Assembly (NCBI GenBank): GCA_946411635.1 | Contig: CAMKES010000002.1 | Coordinates: 134,585-198,584, forward strand | Source of the DNA: an uncultured Clostridia bacterium | GTDB taxonomy: Bacteria > Bacillota > Clostridia > Christensenellales > CAG-138 | DNA: 64,000 bases | Direction: 5' to 3' | Shown here: positions 56,158 to 63,621 of the stretch, piece by piece | Layout of the letters: each line of letters opens with the position of its first letter | How positions within the stretch are numbered: position 1 is the stretch's first letter | Program-made: the position numbers and the translations under genes | The notes under the pieces: model-generated | Databases searched by the model: none | What the model was told of the DNA's origin: nothing | Seen by the model: only the letters and a program-made list of their open reading frames with translations

Positions 56158-56186
56158 TTGACAAGGCCATATGACCATGCTATAAT
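56158..56186 (+). promoter_or_regulatory. Consensus promoter of tRNA-fMet
   Basis: TTGACA (56158-56163), 17 nt, then TATAAT (56181-56186), 12 nt upstream of the tRNA 5' end. Confidence 0.75.
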
Positions 56187-56198
56187 TCATTTTACCGT

Positions 56199-56274
56199 CG
56201 CGGGGTGGAGCAGTCGGTAGCTCGTCGGGCTCATAACCCGGAGGCCGCAGGTTCAAGTCCTGCCCCCGCAACCA
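56199..56274 (+). tRNA. Initiator tRNA-Met (anticodon CAU)
   Basis: CGCGGGGTGGAGCAGTCGGTAGCTCGTCGGGCTCATAACCCGGAGGCCGCAGGTTCAAGTCCTGCCCCCGCAACCA folds as a cloverleaf. It has a C1xA72 mismatch, three consecutive G-C pairs in the anticodon stem (GGG/CCC), anticodon CAT and an encoded CCA. Confidence 0.93.
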
Positions 56275-57697
56275 TTTCCACGCAGACAGACTTCAGATTC
56301 GATTCGATTTTGAAGTCTGTTTTGTTATTCTCCCGGGAAACGGTGATTTTCTTGATCAAAAGCTCCACCGCCCGCTGATCCGGCGCCTTTTTGATGGATT
56401 CCAGCCACTCCAGGATCGTTTCCATGGTGTAATCCTTCGGTGCTTCCGCGTTCTCCAACGTTTCGATCTCACCCTTGATCGCCGTCATACGGTCGTTGAT
56501 GTCTTTGATCACTTCCGGCGTGAGCACGCCCGACATCATGTTTTTCATCAGATTGTCGTACGTTGCCTGCTTCTCGGCGATCTGCTTTTTCCGCGCCGCC
56601 TCGAATCCCGACCGCGCGTCCGCCTGGTGGTTCTTGTAATTGCGGAGAAACGCCGCGATCTTCAGCTGCATTTCCGGAGAAAGAAACTCCTCAAGGTAAT
56701 CCGTCGCCGCCTTGTCGACCAGTTCCATCGGGATCGGCTTCATGCCGCAGTCCGCCTTACAGCGATACACATGCTTTTTGCCGTTCTTCACCTTCCATAC
56801 GGTCGCGTGCATCTTTGCGCCGCAGGTACAGTACACGATCCCGCGGCACAGGTAGTCCGAATGCTTTCCCATCTGTTTTCTTCCGTCCATGATTTCCTGA
56901 ACCTCCTTGAATGTCTTTTTACTGATGATCGCCGGAAAGGCGTTATCGATGCGTATGGCGTTCGGCTTGGACCGGCGGTCCATTCTGTCCTCTTCCTCGT
57001 CGACCGTGTATAGATATGTACCCGTGTACTTCTCGTTCCGAAGGATCTCGTAGATCGACGGATAACCCAGGGGTTTCCCCCGCTTGCCCTTGATACCCGC
57101 GCGGCGAAGCTCTTCGATCAGCTTTGTCCGGCTTTCCCGTTTCAGCGCCGATTCGAACATCTTGCGGACATAGTATGCCTCGGTCTCGTTGATTACGTAA
57201 TGCCGGTCGACCACGTCATATCCGAACGGAGGAACGCCGCCGTTGTGCAGGCCCTTCAGTGCCGCCTCTTTGTGCCCTTTCTTGGTTTCCTTGGACAGGT
57301 TCTTGCTGTAATACTCCGACAGGACCCACATCATCTGCTTGGCGAAATCGCCTTCGATGCTGTCGCCGAAATTCTGCGCAACCGCGATGATCGGAATCTT
57401 TTCTTTTTTCGTAAGCGCGGACAGGCGCACATGCTCTTCCAGCGAACGCGCAATGCGGTCGTATTTATGGATCAGGATCATATCGAAGAGATGACGCTTG
57501 GCGTCCGCCAGCAGCTTTTGATACTGCTGGCGGGCGTCGGTCTTCTCCTCGGTTCCGGAAATAGCTTCATCGGAATAGATCTTATATATCTCCATCCCGC
57601 TGTGCTCCGCAAATTCGCGGCAGGCGCGAACCTGCGCGGCTGTGCTCATTTCCGTCTGATTGTTCGAACTGAACCGAGTGTAGATGGCCACTTTCAC
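56231..57697 (-). CDS. Large serine recombinase (resolvase/invertase N-domain + recombinase + zinc-ribbon + coiled-coil)
   Basis: 488 aa. The catalytic N-terminus is MKVAIYTRFSSNNQ. A GGVPPFGY recombinase domain, a Cys-rich zinc ribbon (CRGIVYCTCGAKMH...YRCKADC) and a coiled-coil tail follow. The last ~30 codons are antisense to the tRNA terminator and the tRNA 3' half. Confidence 0.9.
   Translation of the reverse strand: MKVAIYTRFSSNNQTEMSTAAQVRACREFAEHSGMEIYKIYSDEAISGTEEKTDARQQYQKLLADAKRHLFDMILIHKYDRIARSLEEHVRLSALTKKEKIPIIAVAQNFGDSIEGDFAKQMMWVLSEYYSKNLSKETKKGHKEAALKGLHNGGVPPFGYDVVDRHYVINETEAYYVRKMFESALKRESRTKLIEELRRAGIKGKRGKPLGYPSIYEILRNEKYTGTYLYTVDEEEDRMDRRSKPNAIRIDNAFPAIISKKTFKEVQEIMDGRKQMGKHSDYLCRGIVYCTCGAKMHATVWKVKNGKKHVYRCKADCGMKPIPMELVDKAATDYLEEFLSPEMQLKIAAFLRNYKNHQADARSGFEAARKKQIAEKQATYDNLMKNMMSGVLTPEVIKDINDRMTAIKGEIETLENAEAPKDYTMETILEWLESIKKAPDQRAVELLIKKITVSRENNKTDFKIESNLKSVCVEMVAGAGLEPAASGL
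56286..56328 (+). terminator. tRNA terminator hairpin
   Basis: ACAGACTTCA-15 nt loop (GATTCGATTCGATTT)-TGAAGTCTGT followed by TTTGTTATT. Confidence 0.7.
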
Positions 57698-57948
57698 CGG
57701 GCTTGCTCTCCTTTCTCTGCGGCGATGCTCTCAAACATCTCCAAATCAACGCCGAACTTCTGCGTAAGCTGATCGACGATCAGTACCAGCGGGACTTCTT
57801 CATATTCGAATTCCCGCACCGTTTGCCTGTTTTCGCCGAAGACGAAATGCGCAGAAACCGGCACCCTGCACTTATTATCACGATTCGATCGACCGCGGTC
57901 AAATGTACGGGAATTGTGCGAACGCACATTTTTATCGGTCACGGTCAT
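57694..57948 (-). CDS. Hypothetical protein (84 aa) translationally coupled to the recombinase
   Basis: The ATG at 57948 has an AAAGGAG RBS 7 nt upstream. Its stop overlaps the recombinase ATG (ATGA). I recognise no family. Confidence 0.6.
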   Translation of the reverse strand: MTVTDKNVRSHNSRTFDRGRSNRDNKCRVPVSAHFVFGENRQTVREFEYEEVPLVLIVDQLTQKFGVDLEMFESIAAEKGEQAR

Positions 57949-58813
57949 CGCTTCGCTCCTTTCTGCGGCGCTTCACTTCGCGTTCGATCAGCTTCATGAT
58001 GATATCCCGGATCTCCTCCACGGAGCTTTCCGGGAAATACGGAACCAGATCCTCCAGACGGAACGTGACCTTCTCGCGCTGATTCGGCTTTTCCTCGTCG
58101 ATGATCTCATCCAGCCGGTCCGGATCGAACTGTCCCGCTTCGCTGAGCTTCCTGAGCCGGATCGCCTGCGAAAGCGACGGTGTGCAGTCCGCTGCCGTCA
58201 TCACGTCCAGCAGCAATTCCTGGTCATCCTGCGGCAAATAGGACAGTTCGACTGCCGGTCCCATCGCCATGCGCTTTTCATCGACCATGTTCAGCAGAGG
58301 CGTGATCAGATTGGTCAGGCGGATGAAGCGCTGAACGGTTGCCCTGCTTTCTTTTGAAGATTGGGCAATTACTTCGTCACTTCTCAGCTTCGTCTCAAGT
58401 TGAGACGAAGTTGCCTTCCCCTGGTGTTTCAACGCATCCATCTGCATCTTATATGCGAATGCCTTTTCGCTCGGCAGCAGCTGTTCCCGCTGACGAAGAT
58501 TGCTCTCCACCATGGCGAGCGTCGCCGCGTCGTCATCCAGTTCGCGAACCGTTGCCGGGATCGTTTTCAGTCCTGCCCGGCGCGCGGCGTTAACACGGTT
58601 GTGTCCGGAGATGATCTCATATCGCTGTCCGTCCTTTGCCGGGCGAACCAGGATCGGCGTCAATACGCCGTTCTCCTCAACGCTTCTGACCAGTTCCCAA
58701 AGCTGTTCGCCGCTGTAGGGTCGGAACGGATGCTCCGTGAACGGAACCAGCATATCTACCGGCAGTTCCGTGATCGTCGTTTTATTATCGGGTTTGTTTA
58801 TCGTTTCTTTCAT
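57932..58813 (-). CDS. ParB/Srx-fold N-terminal-domain protein
   Basis: 293 aa (LPVDMLVPFTEHPFRPYSGEQLWELVRSVEENGVLTPILVRP...YEIISGHNRVNAARRAGL), the ParB-like nuclease/CTPase fold common on clostridial mobile elements. Confidence 0.82.
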   Translation of the reverse strand: MKETINKPDNKTTITELPVDMLVPFTEHPFRPYSGEQLWELVRSVEENGVLTPILVRPAKDGQRYEIISGHNRVNAARRAGLKTIPATVRELDDDAATLAMVESNLRQREQLLPSEKAFAYKMQMDALKHQGKATSSQLETKLRSDEVIAQSSKESRATVQRFIRLTNLITPLLNMVDEKRMAMGPAVELSYLPQDDQELLLDVMTAADCTPSLSQAIRLRKLSEAGQFDPDRLDEIIDEEKPNQREKVTFRLEDLVPYFPESSVEEIRDIIMKLIEREVKRRRKERSDDRDR

Positions 58814-58839
58814 ACAATTCCTTTCTTTTTTAAATAATT

Positions 58840-58864
58840 GAGCGCCCGTGTTTTTCGGGCGCTC
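58840..58864 (-). terminator. Hairpin after the relaxase gene (weak U-tract)
   Basis: The minus strand reads GAGCGCCCG-AAAAACA-CGGGCGCTC followed by AATTATTT. Confidence 0.45.
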
Positions 58865-58867
58865 TGT

Positions 58868-60154
58868 TTATCGTTCATAGTACCGTTCGCCGCGGTCGCG
58901 CTCGTAAGCGTCTTCCCGCAGCATGCTTTGGATTCGCGGAACGTCCGCGCCGATCTTCCGGCACAGATCCAGTTCCGAGCGAATGCCGCGCAGTTCCTTT
59001 GTCAATCGCGATACATCATCTTTCGGTACGCTCCCCTTTCGTTTTTCTTTGCGCAGCGTCTCGCGCTGCCCGGTCAGTTCCGTCTCCCGTGCTTTCAGCG
59101 CGGCGATGCGATCCGTCAGCTGATCGACGGTATCGATGCCGTGCGTGTCGATGTACGCCTGCTGTTTTTTGTACTGCTCGAATTTCCGAAGTTCCGCATA
59201 CGGCACTCGGTACGTGACCTTCTTTCCCTGCCCCAGGATGCCGAGCACGTACATCCACGAAACGTACAACGCCTTGAATCCGTGCTGTTTCCCGTACGGG
59301 ATTTTCGGACGGACCTCCGCGCGGTGAATGATGACCGATTCCGGATCGGACATCGACGCCTCCAGCAGATCCTCGATATCCGATTCCGTCAGCGATTTTC
59401 CGTCTCGCTTCAGACGCAGCGGACGCTTCGCGCCTTTCGGAAGGAAGCTCGGATACTTGCTCCGAAGCGATACCGTGTACCCTTTCGCTTCCATCAGATC
59501 GTAGAAGTTGTCGACGTCGATCGCCTGCGAGATCGCTTCTTCCATATCCATCCGAAGGATGTCTTTTAAGGTACACTGACCGTTCTGATGCAGTTTCCAC
59601 TCCGCAAAGGATTCCGACCGCCGGGATGGCTTTTCTATCACCGACAGTCCGTGTTCACGGCAGATCGCGTCTGAGATCTCCCGAAGCAGGTAGTGATCGC
59701 GTTGATGGTTTTCATATTTGCGCCCGTCACGGAACGAGACCGAGTTCACCACGAAATGGTTGTGCACGTTATCCGTATTGAGGTGTGTCGTCACCAACAC
59801 CTCAAAGTTTTCGCCCCACATTCTCCTCACCGTTTCCAGTCCGATTGCATGAGCTTCCTCCGGAGTGACCTCGCCGGTGCGGAAGCTTTGATAGCCGTGG
59901 TATGCCACGTTCCCACCCATCTTGCCGAACCGTCTCTTTGTTTCCGTCATCCATTCGTATGTCTGCTGCTTCGGACAGTTCAAAGCCGAAACGTACATCT
60001 GCCGGTCCGTCTTCCGATCCGCGGCGGCATACTGCAAAGCCTGTCGAAGGTCTTCGTCCACATATGCCGGATCCGTGGTTTTATCCGGATTGTCGGCATA
60101 CACCAGCACGTCGCGCAAATGTCCCTTCACAGGCCAGAATCCCGTTGTCGCCAT
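58868..60154 (-). CDS. Relaxase/mobilization nuclease (MobA/VirD2-type)
   Basis: 428 aa with the histidine triad segment HLNTDNVHNHFVVNSV, an N-terminal relaxase region and a coiled-coil C-terminus. Confidence 0.88.
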   Translation of the reverse strand: MATTGFWPVKGHLRDVLVYADNPDKTTDPAYVDEDLRQALQYAAADRKTDRQMYVSALNCPKQQTYEWMTETKRRFGKMGGNVAYHGYQSFRTGEVTPEEAHAIGLETVRRMWGENFEVLVTTHLNTDNVHNHFVVNSVSFRDGRKYENHQRDHYLLREISDAICREHGLSVIEKPSRRSESFAEWKLHQNGQCTLKDILRMDMEEAISQAIDVDNFYDLMEAKGYTVSLRSKYPSFLPKGAKRPLRLKRDGKSLTESDIEDLLEASMSDPESVIIHRAEVRPKIPYGKQHGFKALYVSWMYVLGILGQGKKVTYRVPYAELRKFEQYKKQQAYIDTHGIDTVDQLTDRIAALKARETELTGQRETLRKEKRKGSVPKDDVSRLTKELRGIRSELDLCRKIGADVPRIQSMLREDAYERDRGERYYER

Positions 60155-60155
60155 A

Positions 60156-60425
60156 TCAATCCTTCCCGGAACCGAACAGTTCCTTCCGGATCCGTTCCAA
60201 CAGGCTCAATAGTGCAGCTTCCGTTTCTTTCGACAGATTCCGGTTTGCAATCTCGCACAACCCGACAGTGAGATCGTGCAGTGCATCGTTCGGCGCAGCG
60301 CGCGGTGCGTATCCCAGCGCACGCTTTCGGATGTACTCGCTCTGGCTCAGCCCGCAGGCTTTCGCCTTGGCGCGGATCGCGGCCTTATCGTCTTCGGTCA
60401 GACGGACCTCCAGCCGTTCCTTCAT
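60156..60425 (-). CDS. mobC: MobC-family relaxosome accessory (ribbon-helix-helix) protein
   Basis: 89 aa (ERLEVRLTEDDKAAIRAKAKACGLSQSEYIRKRALG). It lies directly upstream of the relaxase. Confidence 0.85.
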   Translation of the reverse strand: MKERLEVRLTEDDKAAIRAKAKACGLSQSEYIRKRALGYAPRAAPNDALHDLTVGLCEIANRNLSKETEAALLSLLERIRKELFGSGKD

Positions 60426-60877
60426 GCGTCTGCCTCCGGGGTGTTAGGGGTGCCCCCTAAAGAACCCGCCGACCCGTTCGGCGGCATGGAACTTGCCGTA
60501 CAAGTTCCCTGCTCGTTACGGTTTTGGACGGAGTCCGTTTTCTCCTCTGTTCCGGGAAACCAGCCGAAGTCCAGCACATCGACTATCATGCGCTTTTCAT
60601 CGTATGTGGTGAGAAACCACAACTTAGCGCCGGGGAATACATTCATGCATTCCCTCACGTTTCCCCATGCCCACAGACCAACCGGCATCCAGTGACGCTC
60701 TCCGGCCTCTTCCTCAATCAGCAGCCCGTACCGTTTCTTGTGTTCATCATAGAACGCAAGCCGAACCCATCCGACCGAGTTGCCCGTGAACTTTGCAAGG
60801 GCATAGGCATTTCCTTCCCATTCGATCGCGCGTACGGTTTCTCCGTACAGTTTCGTTTTCGTATAGTGCATTTTCAT
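60422..60877 (-). CDS. Hypothetical protein (151 aa), first gene of the mob operon
   Basis: The ATG at 60877 has an AGGAGGAAAAACAAT RBS, and the stop overlaps the mobC start. I recognise no family. It has a Trp-rich N-terminal domain and a disordered Ser/Gly/Pro/Thr tail. Confidence 0.65.
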   Translation of the reverse strand: MKMHYTKTKLYGETVRAIEWEGNAYALAKFTGNSVGWVRLAFYDEHKKRYGLLIEEEAGERHWMPVGLWAWGNVRECMNVFPGAKLWFLTTYDEKRMIVDVLDFGWFPGTEEKTDSVQNRNEQGTCTASSMPPNGSAGSLGGTPNTPEADA

Positions 60878-61200
60878 ATTGTTTTTCCTCCTTGTTTTTC
60901 TGTTGTAAAATGCTGTTCAGATCGTGTTCGTCTGCAATTTTGCAAATCAAACACATGGCTTTTCGGGCGTTCATCCGCCCGGCAACGTTGCTGTTTTTGT
61001 GCTTCATACACATCCTTTCCGCCGCTTTTTGCGGCTTTTTTCTTTCACAATACATCGCTCTCATAAGAAGAAAAGGTACGTTTTGTACCTCCCCTATTTC
61101 TTTACGGAACTTGCTGCAGTCTCCTTCCCGCGGCGCGGTGCGATCCCGGTTTATCCTCCTTTCTTTAAAAGTGGGCACAGTATTCATTTACTGGAATACA

Positions 61201-61240
61201 AAAAGAGCCCGTTCGGTGATTTCCCGAACGAGCTCTCTGC
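61201..61240 (-). terminator. Terminator after the sigma-like regulator gene
   Basis: The minus strand reads GAGCTCGTTCGGG-AAATCA-CCGAACGGGCTC (one mismatch) followed by TTTTTGTATT. Confidence 0.75.
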
Positions 61241-61294
61241 CCCTTCAATAAAAGAGGACGCTTCTCTATATCAAATGTTCCGTCAGTTGAAAAA

Positions 61295-62233
61295 TTACAG
61301 TATCTTTTTTTCGCTGAATCCGAGATCCTCCCCGGAAAAGCGTTCATATGCCTTCCCGATTTTGCGGATTCGCTTCAAAACCGCGCTGTGTGTGGCGAAT
61401 CCAACCATCTTCGCAGTTTCCTCCAGAGTGTATCCCTGATTACGCAAAAGGATGATCTTTCGATCGATCAAAGGCAGTGTCCTGAAAAACTGTTCCCCTT
61501 CTTCCCGATCGATCGCAATCTGTTCCGGACTGAGATCGGAAGTGGAGCTGATTAGCAATTGATAATCAGAAGAGCCCGGACTTCTTATGATTTCATCATA
61601 GAAAGCCGTCGGATGCTTTGTCCTCATATGATACCAGGACCGCCTCCAGTTCGCGCGCCGTTTGTTCTCGAAGCGTCTGAAATCGAAGTCTTCTTCGCAA
61701 GGCATCTCATTTGCGATCTTGATGATCTCTCCGTGATCGCACAGTTTCATCATCGGTTCTTTCGCCATTGCGACGATCTCATATGCTTCTTCGACAGTCG
61801 GAAACGTTATGATCTGATGCAGCAGCGGGTCCCAAAATAGATCGAAATTTGTCCACAAAGCCTTTTCCTTCTGCAATACCTGCATCCATAAATACGTCTC
61901 ATGTACGATAATCCATTGCGGCGCGTATCCGGAATATAGCTCCATCCAGCCTTTCATTCCGATCGTGTGCCACGCCAGATACGCAAACGCATCGCCCATA
62001 TGTTCCCTGAATTTATCGCTCTCCACGAGCGCAAGGCTCTTCGGATCAAGAAGGAGTTCCGCAGGCATGCGCAGCAGTTCATCAAACTGTCTTTCCATTC
62101 GGAATGCGATTTTGTCCGGTATCATAAAATAAACCGGAAGGAGCTCGCTGTTTTTAATGGGTCTCCATTCTCCGCTTTCCGTTTTCAAAATGATCCTCCC
62201 AAGCATCTGCTCGACCATAATTCTGAGTCCCAT
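61295..62233 (-). CDS. Protein with a C-terminal sigma-70 region-4/LuxR-like HTH and an unassigned ~230-aa N-terminal domain
   Basis: 312 aa. The C-terminus (LPLIDRKIILLRNQGYTLEETAKMVGFATHSAVLKRIRKIGKAY) resembles sigma region 4. The ATG at 62233 has an AAGGAGG RBS 7 nt upstream. Confidence 0.7.
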   Translation of the reverse strand: MGLRIMVEQMLGRIILKTESGEWRPIKNSELLPVYFMIPDKIAFRMERQFDELLRMPAELLLDPKSLALVESDKFREHMGDAFAYLAWHTIGMKGWMELYSGYAPQWIIVHETYLWMQVLQKEKALWTNFDLFWDPLLHQIITFPTVEEAYEIVAMAKEPMMKLCDHGEIIKIANEMPCEEDFDFRRFENKRRANWRRSWYHMRTKHPTAFYDEIIRSPGSSDYQLLISSTSDLSPEQIAIDREEGEQFFRTLPLIDRKIILLRNQGYTLEETAKMVGFATHSAVLKRIRKIGKAYERFSGEDLGFSEKKIL

Positions 62234-62330
62234 TGCTGTCCCTCCTTTCACCGGAAATGATGATAAATGCGACTTCTCTCCCTTATCGCAGTATCAGTCT
62301 ATCATACTTCCTGTACGATAAAACGGACAG

Positions 62331-62366
62331 AAAAAAAAGAGCGTGTATCATGATGATACACGCTCT
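62331..62366 (-). terminator. Terminator after the restriction-nuclease gene
   Basis: The minus strand reads AGAGCGTGTATCA-TCA-TGATACACGCTCT followed by TTTTTTTT. Confidence 0.85.
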
Positions 62367-62378
62367 GTCACATAGTAT

Positions 62379-63569
62379 TTATGAAAAGTTTGCTTCAAGC
62401 CATTCGTTCAGAATATCAATGCTATTGATTCCGGCTGAGAACAAAATATCAATGATGTCCTTGCCTGAGATAACGACAATCGGCTGTTGATCCTCAATTA
62501 TTTCTTTATATGCTTGATCTCCTATAAATGACGTTGTTACAAAAATGCCAAACTGGCGATGCTTTATCCGCGAAATAAGTCGCGATGTCTCTTTGACCCC
62601 TACTGAATTATTCACGTTATATCTCTTGGCTTCAAGAGCGAATTCAAGCTCGATTCCTCCTGCCGGTAACCCTACACGATACTTACCGACAGCATCACGT
62701 CCACCATCTCTTGTTTGCCTCGTCTGTTCGATGCTGATTATTCTAGAATCCATCACCTGAACAATTTTACACGCAAACTGCTCAAAGTCAAATGGATTAG
62801 AAAAATACGATATGATTCGATTCAACATCGAATATTCGACCGTGCCTTGTTCCGGCAACTGCTCGTTTGCTTTTCTATATAGAATAGGGTTCTTCTCTGT
62901 TATCAGTGGCTTATAGGTCCCTCTCTCAACCCAATCCTTCCATTCCCTTGGTGCGTACTTGCTATCATAACCATTCCCTTGTTCTAAATCGTCCAACCAT
63001 TTTGAATCAATCCGCGGGATATCTAATACTGTAAAAATGGATTTGTAATTCTGATAGCGCCCTTCATTATTCTGCGCCCATACAGATACTAATGCATCCT
63101 GTGGGTTCACCCTACGATCACCTGGAACCGCAAGCCCGCTGAAAATAACATCCCTACCACAGTACTTTTGAAAAACAAAAACCGGAGCAATCTGCTTTCG
63201 TAATCCAAGTGCTAGCTTTGAAAAAATCTCTTGCAGAAAAGCGTTGCCTCCAAATTTGGTTTTCGTCAAAGGATTCCCTGCTTTTCGATTGTCCCCCCAA
63301 TAGGTAAATCTACCTAGTGTACGATCCAGGTCATCTCTCCATTCAATTTCCTCTCCAGTGGTATAGATGCATACATAAGCGACTTCTTTCGTCTTTTTGC
63401 CATTAAGGACTTTCATGCATTTTCGGAACCCACCGGAATTACCAACATGAAACAGCTTCGAGAGAACCTCGCTGCTCATATTACTCTCGCTACCGCCCTC
63501 ATACACGGCATCGACAATCAGATCAGCGTTTTTCAAATTTTCAAAAGAAATGCGATTAATCAAGCTCAT
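62379..63569 (-). CDS. Mrr/MspJI-like PD-(D/E)XK restriction endonuclease with an unassigned N-terminal recognition domain (putative modification-dependent type IV enzyme)
   Basis: 396 aa. The C-terminal segment RDGGRDAVGKYRVGLPAGGIELEFALEAKRY gives a D-X(~20)-EAK nuclease motif, followed by FGIFVTTSF as in the Mrr catalytic domain. The N-terminal ~250 aa (..AYVCIYTTGEEIEWRDDLD..FTYWGDNRK..) may be SRA/YDG-like. No methyltransferase gene is adjacent. Confidence 0.65.
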   Translation of the reverse strand: MSLINRISFENLKNADLIVDAVYEGGSESNMSSEVLSKLFHVGNSGGFRKCMKVLNGKKTKEVAYVCIYTTGEEIEWRDDLDRTLGRFTYWGDNRKAGNPLTKTKFGGNAFLQEIFSKLALGLRKQIAPVFVFQKYCGRDVIFSGLAVPGDRRVNPQDALVSVWAQNNEGRYQNYKSIFTVLDIPRIDSKWLDDLEQGNGYDSKYAPREWKDWVERGTYKPLITEKNPILYRKANEQLPEQGTVEYSMLNRIISYFSNPFDFEQFACKIVQVMDSRIISIEQTRQTRDGGRDAVGKYRVGLPAGGIELEFALEAKRYNVNNSVGVKETSRLISRIKHRQFGIFVTTSFIGDQAYKEIIEDQQPIVVISGKDIIDILFSAGINSIDILNEWLEANFS

Positions 63570-63621
63570 ACCCCCTCTGTTAAGACCGCGCTCCCATCAT
63601 TCAGTAATGATACCGCAGTAT

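Noticed and set aside
56231-56274. Interpreting the tRNA as disrupted or a pseudogene because a CDS overlaps it.
   Set aside because: The tRNA sequence is complete, with all stems, anticodon loop and CCA, and has its own consensus promoter and terminator. The overlap is on the opposite strand.
60747-61187. 146-aa ORF (minus strand) in the non-coding stretch upstream of the mob operon, including a possible short MKHKNSNVAGRMNARKAMCLICKIADEHDL... peptide.
   Set aside because: It overlaps the strongly supported 60422..60877 gene by 130 nt in another frame and has no family resemblance. A short independent peptide cannot be excluded but is unsupported.
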